The notes: a model not told the origin generated them from the sequence alone. DNA of 52,382 nt from Acidimicrobiia bacterium (GCA_022828045.1 JAJEIW010000002.1:1-52382), one strand, 5' to 3'. Positions 1 to 8,690 are shown, numbered from the stretch's first letter. Made by a program: numbers and translations.

Positions 1-1
1 C

Positions 2-211
2 GACAGCGGCGGCAGCCAGCAGCCGACGCCTGATCCGAACGATCCCGACGGCGACTACGACGGCGACGGCAAGACCACGGCCCAAGAAGCAACCGAGGCA
101 GCCATCAAACACCAGGCCGGCGAGATCACCGACGCGGAGTACACCCGGATTCTCAGAAGGTACTGGTGCGGCAGCGGCGACCCGTCCTACACGTCCTACT
201 GCAACGAGTGA
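2..211 (+). CDS. 3' end of a hypothetical protein running off the left edge; Asp/Gly-rich segment DPDGDYDGDGK
   Basis: Open frame from position 2 to TGA at 209-211. It translates ...DPNDPDGDYDGDGKTTAQEATEAAIKHQAGEITDAEYTRILRRYWCGSGDPSYTSYCNE*. The DxDxDG-like run resembles calcium-binding loops. No family assignment is possible. Confidence 0.35.
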   Translation, partial: DSGGSQQPTPDPNDPDGDYDGDGKTTAQEATEAAIKHQAGEITDAEYTRILRRYWCGSGDPSYTSYCNE

Positions 212-252
212 GGCGGGAAACAACGATAGACACCCCAAACTACCCTGACACT

Positions 253-489
253 ATGAGCGCACCCGACACGGCTGAGCCGCAACCGCAGAGGTCGCCGTTT
301 CGGTATCTGCTTTGGTACCTGCCGGCGGTATGCGTGGTGACGCTCATCGTGAGCTACGCGCTGCCTTCCAACTACCAGCGCATGACGTTTGGGCTGATCG
401 TGCTGGGCTTGTACGTGCTGGTGCGCCTCGGCATGTGGACGTATAGCCGCAGAAGGCCCCGACGCGAGGCTGGGGGTTCGTCGGGCTGA
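253..489 (+). CDS. Small hypothetical membrane protein (about 78 aa, two hydrophobic helices)
   Basis: Internal ATG at 253 of track ORF 166..489. The product MSAPDTAEPQ...LLWYLPAVCVVTLIVSYAL...FGLIVLGLYVLVRLGMW has two hydrophobic spans followed by a basic tail. No recognisable family. Confidence 0.4.
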   Translation: MSAPDTAEPQPQRSPFRYLLWYLPAVCVVTLIVSYALPSNYQRMTFGLIVLGLYVLVRLGMWTYSRRRPRREAGGSSG

Positions 490-993
490 GTATCTGACGG
501 GCTGCCAGAGCGCTCACAGGCTCTGTAGCGCCTGCCTGCGTGGCAGGCCGCACTGTTCGCAGGACCCTTCAGGGTCGGCTCAGGTCGGCTCTGAGGGGTC
601 TTGCGCGTCGTTGTGTTCGTGGCTGCTGGCGGGTTGAGCGCCTTGCACGCTGTCCGCTGGCACCCTGCGACGGATGGCAGGCACAGAACCCGACAACGAC
701 GCTGAGCGCCGCAGCGCCGCATAGCCGCCGCAGTGACAGCGTGGCGACTCTCAGCACGGCACGGCGGGCAAGGCAACGGCGCAAGCAAGCTGCTGGCGCT
801 GGAGCAGCGCGAACGGCGTGAAGCGCTGCGGCGGCTCGGCTACGACTCGCCAGCGGCGCTCGAAGCGTTCGGGCTGGGGTAGACGGCGAACAGCGGAGCA
901 GGTCAGCGAGAGTGCGACCAGAGCGCTTGTGCCTTCGAGGTCGCGGATTCCTCTGCCTTGCAGGAAATGGCATAAGGCATGGCCAAGCGCTCA

Positions 994-1037
994 GCCGGTA
1001 CCGCTTCCCGCAGCCGCAAGGCTTGAGCGGTACCGGC
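994..1037. other. Perfect 12-bp-stem hairpin in a long non-coding spacer
   Basis: GCCGGTACCGCT (994-1005) and AGCGGTACCGGC (1026-1037) are exact reverse complements around a 20-nt loop. The hairpin lies about 130 nt beyond the accA stop. An AT-rich stretch (tttatatgcgcctatatatattttt, about 1053-1077) follows. Confidence 0.3.
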
Positions 1038-1163
1038 GCACTTCCGCAGCTTTATATGCGCCTATATATATTTTTCGGGCGAATGTGCCGCTGACCTGCG
1101 GGTTTCAGCAAACTGCCGGATTGCGGGGGCCAGGAGACAGTCCCGCCATCATCGCGCGCTCGC

Positions 1164-2927
1164 TCAGGAAATAACGACCACCACGTCGCCGGCGCCGACG
1201 GTGTCACCGGGCGCCACCTTGATCTCGGTGACTGTCCCCGAGCGGTCAGCGTTGATGCTGTTCTCCATCTTCATAGCTTCGAGCACCACCACGCCTTCGC
1301 CGGTGGTGACCTCTTGGCCGACCTCCACGAGGATCTTCACGATCGTGCCCTGCATGGGCGCCGTCACTTGGCCCGTGCCGGCGCCCGCTGAAGCAGCGCT
1401 GGCTGAGCGCCGAGGCCGCGTGACCGTCGCCGCCGAGTTCGCGCCAGGCGCCGACTCGGGCACCCAGGCACTCACCGAGTAGCGCTTGCCGTCGACTTCC
1501 ACCACGACGTCGCGCCGGACGCGCGGTTCGGCCTCGCCGTCGAGCGATGCCTCCGGTGCCGCATCGGCCTTGCCGCTCACGCCGCTCAGATCGAGCCGCT
1601 CTTCGACCCACTTCGTGCTGTGGGTGCCGGCCTGGAAATCCTCCGACGCCATGATCGCGGCGTGTGCTGCAGCCGTCGTCGCGACGCCGCCGACTTCGAG
1701 CTCGCCGAGCGCGCGCTGCATGCGGGCGATCGCAGTCGGACGGTCTGAGCCCCACACGACGAGCTTGCCGATGAGGTTGTCGTAGAACTGGCTGACGGTG
1801 TCGCCCGCCTCGTACCCGCCGTCCCAGCGGATGCCGAAGCCGTCGGGCACCCGCAGTGCGCTCAGCTCGCCGGGCGAGGGCAGGAAGCGCCCGCCGGCGG
1901 GATCCTCGGCGTTGATGCGTGCCTCGATGGCGTGGCCGACCGAGGTGATGTCGGACTGGCCGAACGACAGCGGCTCGCCCGCCGCCACCCGGATCTGCTC
2001 GCGGACCAGGTCGATCCCGGTGACCATCTCGGTGACCGGGTGCTCCACCTGCAGGCGGGTGTTCATCTCGAGGTAGAAGAACTCGCCGTCCTGGTAGAGG
2101 AACTCCACGGTGCCCGCATTCGTGTAGTCGCAGCCGCGCGCCACGGCCACCGCCGCCTCTCCCATCGCCGTGCGGACCTCGTCGTCGAGCGACGGCGCGG
2201 GGCTCTCCTCCACCAGCTTCTGGTGCCGGCGCTGGGCGGAGCAGTCGCGCTCGCCCAGCCAGACGGCAGTGCCGTGGTGATCGGCGATGACCTGCATCTC
2301 GATGTGGCGCGGCCACGTGAGGTAGCGCTCCATGTAGCACTCGCCCCGTCCGAAGAACGCCCCGGCTTCTCGCTGCGCGGACGACAGCGCCGCTTCGATC
2401 TCGTCGGGCCCGCTCACCACCTTCATGCCGCGGCCGCCGCCGCCGTAGGCCGCCTTGATGGCGACGGGGTAGCCGTGAGCGTCGCCGAATGCCGCGACAT
2501 CGTCGGTCGAGGTGATGACTTCGGTGGTACCGGGCACGCCCGCGACGCCCGAGCGCTCGGCGGCGAGGCGCGCCGAGATCTTGTCGCCCATGACTTCGAT
2601 GGCTTCGGGCGGCGGCCCCACGAAGGTCACGCCCTTCGAGGTGATCGACCGGGCGAAGTCGGCATTCTCCGAATAGAAGCCGTAGCCGGGGTGCACCGCG
2701 TCAACCCCGCTGCGCTCGATCACATCCACAATGGCCTCGGTATTGAGATAGCTCTCCGCAGCAGTCTGTCCGCCGAGCGCGAACGCCTCGTCAGCCAGCC
2801 GCACATGCATCGCATTGCGGTCGAGTTCGCTGTACACGGCGACGGTGCCGATGCCCAGCTCACGGCAGGCCCGGATGACGCGTACCGCGATCTCACCTCG
2901 GTTGGCAATGAGGAGCTTGCTGAACAC
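1164..2927 (-). CDS. accA: Acyl-CoA (acetyl/propionyl-CoA) carboxylase alpha subunit: biotin carboxylase plus C-terminal biotin carboxyl carrier domain
   Basis: 587-aa ORF. The N-terminus MFSKLLIANRGEIAVRVIRACRELG is typical of biotin carboxylases. It has the ATP-grasp glycine loop AAYGGGGRGMKVV and a C-terminal biotinyl domain with EAMKMEN (biotinyl-lysine motif). Confidence 0.95.
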   Translation of the reverse strand: MFSKLLIANRGEIAVRVIRACRELGIGTVAVYSELDRNAMHVRLADEAFALGGQTAAESYLNTEAIVDVIERSGVDAVHPGYGFYSENADFARSITSKGVTFVGPPPEAIEVMGDKISARLAAERSGVAGVPGTTEVITSTDDVAAFGDAHGYPVAIKAAYGGGGRGMKVVSGPDEIEAALSSAQREAGAFFGRGECYMERYLTWPRHIEMQVIADHHGTAVWLGERDCSAQRRHQKLVEESPAPSLDDEVRTAMGEAAVAVARGCDYTNAGTVEFLYQDGEFFYLEMNTRLQVEHPVTEMVTGIDLVREQIRVAAGEPLSFGQSDITSVGHAIEARINAEDPAGGRFLPSPGELSALRVPDGFGIRWDGGYEAGDTVSQFYDNLIGKLVVWGSDRPTAIARMQRALGELEVGGVATTAAAHAAIMASEDFQAGTHSTKWVEERLDLSGVSGKADAAPEASLDGEAEPRVRRDVVVEVDGKRYSVSAWVPESAPGANSAATVTRPRRSASAASAGAGTGQVTAPMQGTIVKILVEVGQEVTTGEGVVVLEAMKMENSINADRSGTVTEIKVAPGDTVGAGDVVVVIS

Positions 2928-2947
2928 GTAATGAGTTCCTGACTGTC

Positions 2948-3931
2948 ATGTCCCGCCGGAGGCGGCTGCCGGTGCCCGCCGACCCCACGCCGGTTGCGCC
3001 GGCCCAGTTGCGACCGGCAGCGGGCAATTCTGTCGGCTGCCGTCCCGAGTGCCACCGTTACGCTCGGAACGTGCCCCGACCGCGCGACATCACGGCGACC
3101 GAATCAGCGCACTTCACGTCGGTCAGCGGCACCAGGTTTTCCAGCGTCGAGTGGCACGACGAGATCGACTCGACCAACACCGAACTGCTCGAACGGGCGC
3201 GCCAAGGTGCACCTGAGGGAATGGTCCTCATCGCTGACCTGCAGACTGCCGGGCGCGGCAGGAGGGGTCGCCGCTGGACCGCCCTGCCGGGCACCTCGCT
3301 CATGATGTCGGTGCTCCTCCGGCCGCCCCCAGGTGTGCTGCCTCTGTCCAGCGCGGCGCTGGTGACGATGGCAGTTGCCCTCGCTGCAGTCGACGCGTGC
3401 GAGCGCGTGAGCGGGGTGCGTCCGAGTCTCAAATGGCCGAACGATCTCGTGATCGCCGGCGCGGGCCCCGGGGACCGCAAACTGGCGGGCATCCTCGCAG
3501 AGTCGCTCAGCAAAGAGGGGGAACTGACAGCGCTGGTCGTCGGCATGGGACTCAACAGCGGCTGGCCGGCCGTCCCGGACGAACTCGACGGCATCGCGAC
3601 GAGCCTGAACCTCGAGTCCGGGGCACCCGTGGACCGGACGTTGCTGGCGCGCCTGGTCCTCGAGGGACTGGAACAGCGCTATGCGAGCTTGTGCAGCGAC
3701 GAACACGGTGTCGGCGAGGGCGCCGCATCCCTGCTGGCCGAGGCCCGTCACAACTCGGCCACGCTCGGACGACGCGTGCGCATCTCTTTTGACGAGACAT
3801 CCAATGGCGGAGCGCTGGAGGGAGTCGTCGGCGACCTCGACGCGGAAGGCCGATTGCTGGTCAGCGACGATGCGGGCCTCACTCATACGGTGTCGGTCGG
3901 GGACGTCGTTCACCTGCGGCCCACCTCGTAG
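2948..3931 (+). CDS. birA: Biotin--[acetyl-CoA-carboxylase] ligase, group I (no N-terminal HTH)
   Basis: Motifs WHDEIDSTNTELL and the biotin-binding loop GRGRRGRRW. The track start at 2948 leaves only 20 bp to the divergent accA start. An in-frame GTG at 3071 (VPRPRDITA...) would give a more typical length and a 143-bp divergent promoter region. The stop at 3931 is firm. Confidence 0.9.
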   Translation: MSRRRRLPVPADPTPVAPAQLRPAAGNSVGCRPECHRYARNVPRPRDITATESAHFTSVSGTRFSSVEWHDEIDSTNTELLERARQGAPEGMVLIADLQTAGRGRRGRRWTALPGTSLMMSVLLRPPPGVLPLSSAALVTMAVALAAVDACERVSGVRPSLKWPNDLVIAGAGPGDRKLAGILAESLSKEGELTALVVGMGLNSGWPAVPDELDGIATSLNLESGAPVDRTLLARLVLEGLEQRYASLCSDEHGVGEGAASLLAEARHNSATLGRRVRISFDETSNGGALEGVVGDLDAEGRLLVSDDAGLTHTVSVGDVVHLRPTS

Positions 3932-3997
3932 CCGTCGGCGATCGTCCAGAACTGCCTGCGCCGGCTGGCGGTGTCGGGTAGAACCGCGCTGCGGGTT

Positions 3998-4021
3998 GTC
4001 GAGCGCGTCCCCGCGCTCGGC
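3998..4021 (+). terminator. GC-rich hairpin downstream of birA (possible intrinsic terminator without U-tract)
   Basis: CGAGCGCG (4000-4007), loop tccc, CGCGCTCG (4012-4019). The stem is extendable by G-C and U-G pairs to 3998-4021. No T-run follows, as is common for actinobacterial I-shaped terminators. Confidence 0.3.
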
Positions 4022-4060
4022 TGAGGAACGACCCTGCAGACCCGACGGATGGAGGATGCC

Positions 4061-5560
4061 GTGCCGCTGAGTATGTCCATTGACGCTTTTGAGGTTGTCG
4101 CCGACCGTGGCGACGCGCCACCGACCGCCGCAAGCGACCGGCCGGTTCGCAGCGATGAACTCGAGACGCTGGGCGCTGCGCCGAATTACCTCGCAGCGAG
4201 CGGCTTCGACGGCTCCGCCGGCACGACCGCGTTGATGGCCGGCCTTGCCGAGGCCGCGGACGACGCCCTGCCGATTGCCGTCGGGCTGGGATCGGACGAT
4301 CTCGCAGCGGCAGACCTCCGCGGTGCGGCAGCGAACCTGTGGCGTTCGGCGTCGAAGCTCGACTCGCTGACCTCGGCGCTGGCGGCGGCAGCCGCTGACG
4401 ATCTCGGCGCCGATGTCGCACTCAGCGCCGTGGTCGAGGGCATGCTGCTCGCGTCGTACAGCTTCGACGAGCACAAGGGCGAGCCGCCTAAGCCAGCAGT
4501 AATCGATCGCATCGTGCTCTCGGCGCCCGACGGGACGGACGTGGCTGGCGCTCTGGCTCGAGCAGCCGCTGTGGCCGGCGGGATCGCGCTCGCCCGCGAT
4601 CTCGTCAATCAACCCGGCGGTGCGCTCACGGCCACCGGTCTCGCCGAAGCAGCGATCGCAGCGATCGAGGCTGCCGGTGCCGACGGCGATCCCGCGGCGG
4701 GCGCTGCCTCGGTCGAGGTATGGGACCGCGAACGTCTCGAAGCCGAGCGATGCGGCGGGATGCTGGGCGTCAATGCAGGTTCGACTGAGCCCCCGGCGCT
4801 CATCCGGATGCGCTGGCAGCCGACCGCCACACCGCGCGCGACCGTTCATCTGGTCGGCAAGGGCATCACCTTCGACACCGGAGGGCTCAACCTCAAGACC
4901 TTCGAAGGCATGGAGTGGATGAAGATCGACATGGGCGGCGCCGCTGCAGTCATCGGGGCGATGAGCGCCATCATCCGGCTGGCGCCCGACATCGCAGTCA
5001 CCGGCATCTGCTGCTGCACCGACAATCAGCCCGGACCGACAGCCACCAAGCCCGGGGACGTGCTGCGCATCCGCAACGGCAAGACGGTCGAGGTGCTGAA
5101 CACTGATGCCGAGGGCCGGCTCGTGCTCGCCGACGGCCTGTCGCTCTCCGTCGAAGAGGAGCCCGACCTGGTCGTGGATCTCGCGACGCTGACGGGTGCC
5201 TGCATGGTGGCGCTGGGTGACAAGTACGGCGGGCTCATGGGCAATGACCCCGCGGCGATCGAACGCGCCCTGACTGCCGCACATGCCGCCGGAGAGCTGC
5301 TGTGGCACCTGCCGCTGCCGCCCGAGTACCGCGAGCAGCTCGATTCGCCGATCGCCGATCTGCGCAACATCGGCAAGAATCGCTACGGCGGCACGCTGCA
5401 CGCAGGTCTGTTCCTGTCAGAGTTCGTCGGCGACACGCCGTGGGTGCACTTCGACATCGCCGGACCGGTGCGAACCGACGCCGATGCCGGCGAGCTGTCC
5501 AAGGGCGCGTCCGGATTCGGCGTGCGGACGCTGGTCGATCTGGTCTGCGGCTGGCACTAG
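4061..5560 (+). CDS. pepA: Leucyl aminopeptidase, peptidase family M17
   Basis: M17 signatures VGKGITFDTGGLNLK and NTDAEGRLVLADG. The track ORF starts at ATG 4049. GTG 4061 is preceded by GGAGG (4051-4055) at 5-nt spacing, so it is preferred as the start. Confidence 0.9.
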   Translation: MPLSMSIDAFEVVADRGDAPPTAASDRPVRSDELETLGAAPNYLAASGFDGSAGTTALMAGLAEAADDALPIAVGLGSDDLAAADLRGAAANLWRSASKLDSLTSALAAAAADDLGADVALSAVVEGMLLASYSFDEHKGEPPKPAVIDRIVLSAPDGTDVAGALARAAAVAGGIALARDLVNQPGGALTATGLAEAAIAAIEAAGADGDPAAGAASVEVWDRERLEAERCGGMLGVNAGSTEPPALIRMRWQPTATPRATVHLVGKGITFDTGGLNLKTFEGMEWMKIDMGGAAAVIGAMSAIIRLAPDIAVTGICCCTDNQPGPTATKPGDVLRIRNGKTVEVLNTDAEGRLVLADGLSLSVEEEPDLVVDLATLTGACMVALGDKYGGLMGNDPAAIERALTAAHAAGELLWHLPLPPEYREQLDSPIADLRNIGKNRYGGTLHAGLFLSEFVGDTPWVHFDIAGPVRTDADAGELSKGASGFGVRTLVDLVCGWH

Positions 5561-5579
5561 CCGCAACTGGCTGCAACCG

Positions 5580-5597
5580 GGCCCGCTCGGGCGGGCC
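5580..5597. terminator. Hairpin between convergent pepA and the 5618..6352 gene (possible bidirectional terminator)
   Basis: GGCCCGC (5580-5586), loop tcgg, GCGGGCC (5591-5597): a perfect 7-bp GC stem in the 57-nt convergent spacer. There is no U-tract. Confidence 0.3.
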
Positions 5598-5617
5598 GCC
5601 AGCACCGTCGGCGGCGC

Positions 5618-6352
5618 CTAACGAGGCACCCGCCGACCCGTCCGAGACCCCACGCAGTGATTCGCCCACGCCCAGGCGGTTGCTTCGTTGGCGGCTGACG
5701 GCGGCAACCCCAGGATCACGAGCCGCTCCGCCGCTTCGTGCAAGCCATTGCCGAGCATCAGCATGCAGGTCGCCAGCAGCCGGATCTCACCGACGGAGAA
5801 GTCGGCGTCGCCGTCGGTTCGGGTCCACAGACCGATCTCGCTTCGCAGCTCGCGAGGCATGCGCACGTAGAGCTGGTGAGGCACAGGAGGCACCCGCCTG
5901 CGCACCTGCAGCACCGCGTCGTCGTCGAAGTACGCCAGGTCGAACATGCGGCAACGGTCGACGGTCCTGATGAACGTGCTCTGGCGACCCCCGCGATGCT
6001 GCAGGCCGAGCCGCCGCGCCGTGAATTCGAGATCGAGCTGCAGGTCGTCGTGCGGTCCGAGTTCGTCGAATTCGCGTGCAAGCAGCCGCAGCAGCCACAC
6101 CGCGCTCGGACCGAGGACCGTGAGCCAGAACCGTTCCACGTACACCGAGCGCGGATCGTGGCCGGTGCGGCGCAGCACTGGGTCGTCCCAGGGGCGCACC
6201 TGCAAGGCGTGCAACCGCTTGTCCGGCCAGTCCTCGAGGGCAGATGCACTCAGTGGCTTGCTGGTGCCGCCGACAAGCCGCAGCGCGGTCGGCGCAGCGC
6301 CGTCGGGGCTGATCGGAGGCGGGGGAACCGTCGGCATCTGGTCAGCTGGCAC
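5618..6352 (-). CDS. Hypothetical protein, possibly DNA-binding (helix-rich, winged-helix-like segments)
   Basis: Track ORF 5618..6382. The in-frame GTG at 6352 is preceded by AAGGAG at 6-nt spacing, so it is the preferred start. The sequence ...ERFWLTVLGPSAVWLLRLLAREFDE...FTARRLGL...QSTFIRTVDRCRMFDLA looks like HTH/winged-helix segments. I cannot name a family. Confidence 0.55.
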   Translation of the reverse strand: MPADQMPTVPPPPISPDGAAPTALRLVGGTSKPLSASALEDWPDKRLHALQVRPWDDPVLRRTGHDPRSVYVERFWLTVLGPSAVWLLRLLAREFDELGPHDDLQLDLEFTARRLGLQHRGGRQSTFIRTVDRCRMFDLAYFDDDAVLQVRRRVPPVPHQLYVRMPRELRSEIGLWTRTDGDADFSVGEIRLLATCMLMLGNGLHEAAERLVILGLPPSAANEATAWAWANHCVGSRTGRRVPR

Positions 6353-6439
6353 AGGGATCTCCTTCGCAATGGTCCGCCGCATCCGGCCGCAGCCGGCATA
6401 TGAACACGGCCTTGTTCTATGTATGCCAAAAAATATTAG

Positions 6440-6460
6440 TACAATATGAAATGTATTGTA
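6440..6460. promoter_or_regulatory. 7-bp perfect inverted repeat (TACAATA-N7-TATTGTA) inside an AT-rich island in a divergent promoter region
   Basis: About 6400-6480 is strikingly AT-rich for this genome (ttgttctatgtatgccaaaaaatattagtacaatatgaaatgtattgtaaaatacgc). The palindrome is centred at 6450, between the 5618..6352 (-) gene and the sirtuin gene (+). Confidence 0.35.
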
Positions 6461-6514
6461 AAATACGCAACATCAGTCAACTCCGCTGCTGTGCCATCGG
6501 CCAGACTGTGAGAC

Positions 6515-7312
6515 ATGAACACAGGGGCCGATTCGGGTTCTGAGGTCGATGACGACGTGCGGACGGTGGCGGGGTGGATCGATGAGGCGCGTGCGATCAC
6601 CGTGCTGACCGGTGCGGGCATCTCCACCGACTCGGGCATCCCGGACTTTCGCGGACCCAACGGCGTGTGGACGAAGAACCCCGCAGCCGAGAAGCAGGCG
6701 ACGCTGCAGAACTACCTCGCCGATCCAGAAGTTCGTGTGCTCGCATGGCGCGCCCGCATGGACCATCGATCATGGGGCGCCGAACCCAACGACGGTCATC
6801 GGGCCCTGGTGCAGCTCGAGCGTCGGCGCAAGCTGGTATCGCTGCTCACCCAGAACGTGGACGGACTGCATCACGACGCCGGCTCCGATCCCGACAAGAT
6901 CGTGGAGGTGCACGGCACCATCCGAGAGGTGGCGTGCTTGGAGTGCGACTACCGCGACGACATGGGCGTGGTGCTCGACCGGGTGCGGCTCGGCGAGGAC
7001 GACCCGCCGTGCCCCGTCTGCGGCGGGATCCTCAAGAGCGCCACGATCAGCTTCGGACAGCAGCTCGTGGCGCGGGATCTGATGCGGGCTCAGATTGCTG
7101 CGGAGAACTGCGACCTGATGCTGGCTGTGGGCACGACGCTGGCCGTGTATCCCATCGCTGCGGTGGTGCCAGCGGCGAAGTCGGCCGGAGCGCGCATCGT
7201 GATCGTCAACGCTGAGCCGACCGAGATGGACTACCTGGCCGACACGGTGCTCCGCCGGTCGATCTCGGAGGTTCTGCCGCAGATCTGCGGCGGCGTCGGG
7301 TGCCTCGCGTGA
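6515..7312 (+). CDS. cobB: NAD-dependent protein deacylase (sirtuin, Sir2 family)
   Basis: GAGISTDSGIPDFRGPNG, QNVDGLH, catalytic His in VEVHGT, and the zinc ribbon CLEC...CPVCGG. Confidence 0.9.
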   Translation: MNTGADSGSEVDDDVRTVAGWIDEARAITVLTGAGISTDSGIPDFRGPNGVWTKNPAAEKQATLQNYLADPEVRVLAWRARMDHRSWGAEPNDGHRALVQLERRRKLVSLLTQNVDGLHHDAGSDPDKIVEVHGTIREVACLECDYRDDMGVVLDRVRLGEDDPPCPVCGGILKSATISFGQQLVARDLMRAQIAAENCDLMLAVGTTLAVYPIAAVVPAAKSAGARIVIVNAEPTEMDYLADTVLRRSISEVLPQICGGVGCLA

Positions 7313-7417
7313 CAGGTGACCAATTCCCGACCGGCTAGGTAGGATTTAGGGCCCGGGCCTGATCGGTTGATCAGGCCGCCTCGAACGCGACGCCAAGCGA
7401 CGAACAGGGAGGCCCAG

Positions 7418-8581
7418 ATGCCCTCGTTCCGCGAACTGCTGACTGCCACCAAGCAAGAGATCACCGAGATCGACACGGCGACTGCCGCCGAATGGATAGC
7501 CGAGGGCTCGCCCGTCGTGCTTGACGTGCGGGAGCCCGACGAATACGAACAGGGCGCGCTTGCGGACGCAGTCCACATTCCGCGTGGGCATTTGGAGGCC
7601 CAGATCGAGAACCGCGTGCCCGATCACAGCGCGGAGATCATCATCTACTGCGCCGGCGGGGTCCGTTCGGCCTTCGCTGCCAAGACACTCGCCGAGCTCG
7701 GCTATCCCAACTCGGTCTCGATGGACGGGGGTTTCGGTCGCTGGAAGGACGAGGGTCGCCCGTGGTCGACCTCCGCCTCGCTCGGCCCCGAACAGCGCAA
7801 CCGCTACCAGCGCCACCTGCTGCTGCCCGAGGTGGGCGAGACAGGCCAGCTCAAGCTGCTCGAGGCCAAGGCGCTCATGCTGGGCGCCGGCGGACTCGGC
7901 TCGCCCGCGGCGCTGTACCTGGCGGCAGCAGGGGTCGGCACGATCGGCATCATCGACATGGACATCGTCGACGAGTCCAACCTGCAGCGCCAGATTCTCC
8001 ACAACGTCGACCGCGTGGGCGACCGCAAGGTCGACTCGGCCAAGAAGACCCTCACATCGCTGAATCCAGACATCAATGTGGTGACCTACGACACCAGACT
8101 CGGCGCCGACAACGTGCTCGACATCCTGTCCGGCTGGGATGTCGTCGTGGACGGCGCCGACAACTTCCCGAGCCGGTACCTGCTCAACGATGCATCGGTG
8201 AAGCTGGGCATCCCGGTCGTGCACGGCTCGATCTTCCGCTTCGAGGGACAGGTCACTGTCTTTGACCCACTCAACGGTCCGACCTACCGCGACTACCTGC
8301 CCGAGCCCCCACCCGCTGAGCTCGCCCCGTCGTGCGCCGAGGCCGGCGTGCTGGGCGTGCTTCCGGGAATCGTCGGTTCGATCCAGGCGCTCGAGACGAT
8401 CAAGCTGATCCTGGGCATCGGCGATTCGCTCTCGGGTCGGATCATCGCGTTCGACTCGCTCGAGATGACCTTCCGCGAGTTCCGGCTGCGGCCCGACCCC
8501 GCCAATGAGGTGACCTACGACAACCGCGAGCGCATCAGCGTCGTTGAGCTCGACGGTCTCTGCAGCCCCACCCTGAGCTGA
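7418..8581 (+). CDS. Rhodanese--ThiF/MoeB-type adenylyltransferase/sulfurtransferase (MoeZ-like, but with the rhodanese domain at the N-terminus)
   Basis: The N-terminal rhodanese has the active-site loop IIIYCAGGVRSA. The ThiF/MoeB domain follows: RYQRHLLLPEVG, MLGAGGLGSPAALYLAAAGVG, DESNLQRQILH, PSCAEAGVLGVLPG. ATG 7418 is preceded by CAGGGAGG (7405-7412). The track ORF starts at 7367. Confidence 0.9.
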   Translation: MPSFRELLTATKQEITEIDTATAAEWIAEGSPVVLDVREPDEYEQGALADAVHIPRGHLEAQIENRVPDHSAEIIIYCAGGVRSAFAAKTLAELGYPNSVSMDGGFGRWKDEGRPWSTSASLGPEQRNRYQRHLLLPEVGETGQLKLLEAKALMLGAGGLGSPAALYLAAAGVGTIGIIDMDIVDESNLQRQILHNVDRVGDRKVDSAKKTLTSLNPDINVVTYDTRLGADNVLDILSGWDVVVDGADNFPSRYLLNDASVKLGIPVVHGSIFRFEGQVTVFDPLNGPTYRDYLPEPPPAELAPSCAEAGVLGVLPGIVGSIQALETIKLILGIGDSLSGRIIAFDSLEMTFREFRLRPDPANEVTYDNRERISVVELDGLCSPTLS

Positions 8582-8690
8582 GCCCGCGGCCAGAGGCAGA
8601 GCCCCGGGCCCGAGCGGCCCGTGAGCCCAGTCGCATGAAGACTCGGAGCAGGAGCGGGAAGCACGGCGGCCGCGACGACAGGGGGCCTGG
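8576..8690. repeat. Intergenic repeat, copy A (second copy at 46391-46490)
   Basis: It shares a 22-nt perfect core GGCCCGAGCGGCCCGTGAGCCC (8607-8628 versus 46413-46434). It also shares flanking blocks (gctgagcc, catga, gagcggg, cgcgacga) with identical core-to-cgcgacga spacing of 64 nt. My hand alignment gives roughly three-quarters identity over about 90 nt. Confidence 0.6.

Noticed and set aside
733-882. 50-codon frame ending ...LRRLGYDSPAALEAFGLG* in the long spacer
   Set aside because: It is too short, has only a GTG start and no Shine-Dalgarno, and I recognise no family. It is mentioned under the spacer finding but not called as a feature.
3104-5401. 765-aa ORF on the minus strand opposite birA and pepA
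   Set aside because: It lies antisense to two genes with strong family motifs. Its translation is Arg/Gly/Ala/Pro-rich low complexity with no motifs. Long antisense ORFs are expected in high-GC DNA because stop codons are rare.
6515-8581. Adjacent Sir2 and E1-like (ThiF) genes as a possible anti-phage module (Thoeris/DSR-like Sir2, or Bil/CBASS-type ubiquitin-like conjugation)
   Set aside because: The Sir2 protein is a compact canonical sirtuin with a Zn ribbon and catalytic His, and no effector or sensor fusion. The E1-like protein has a rhodanese domain and MoeZ-type motifs typical of sulfur-carrier activation. No E2, JAB/DUB, Ubl, TIR, HerA or other partner genes are nearby. The two genes are separated by about 100 nt with a separate Shine-Dalgarno.
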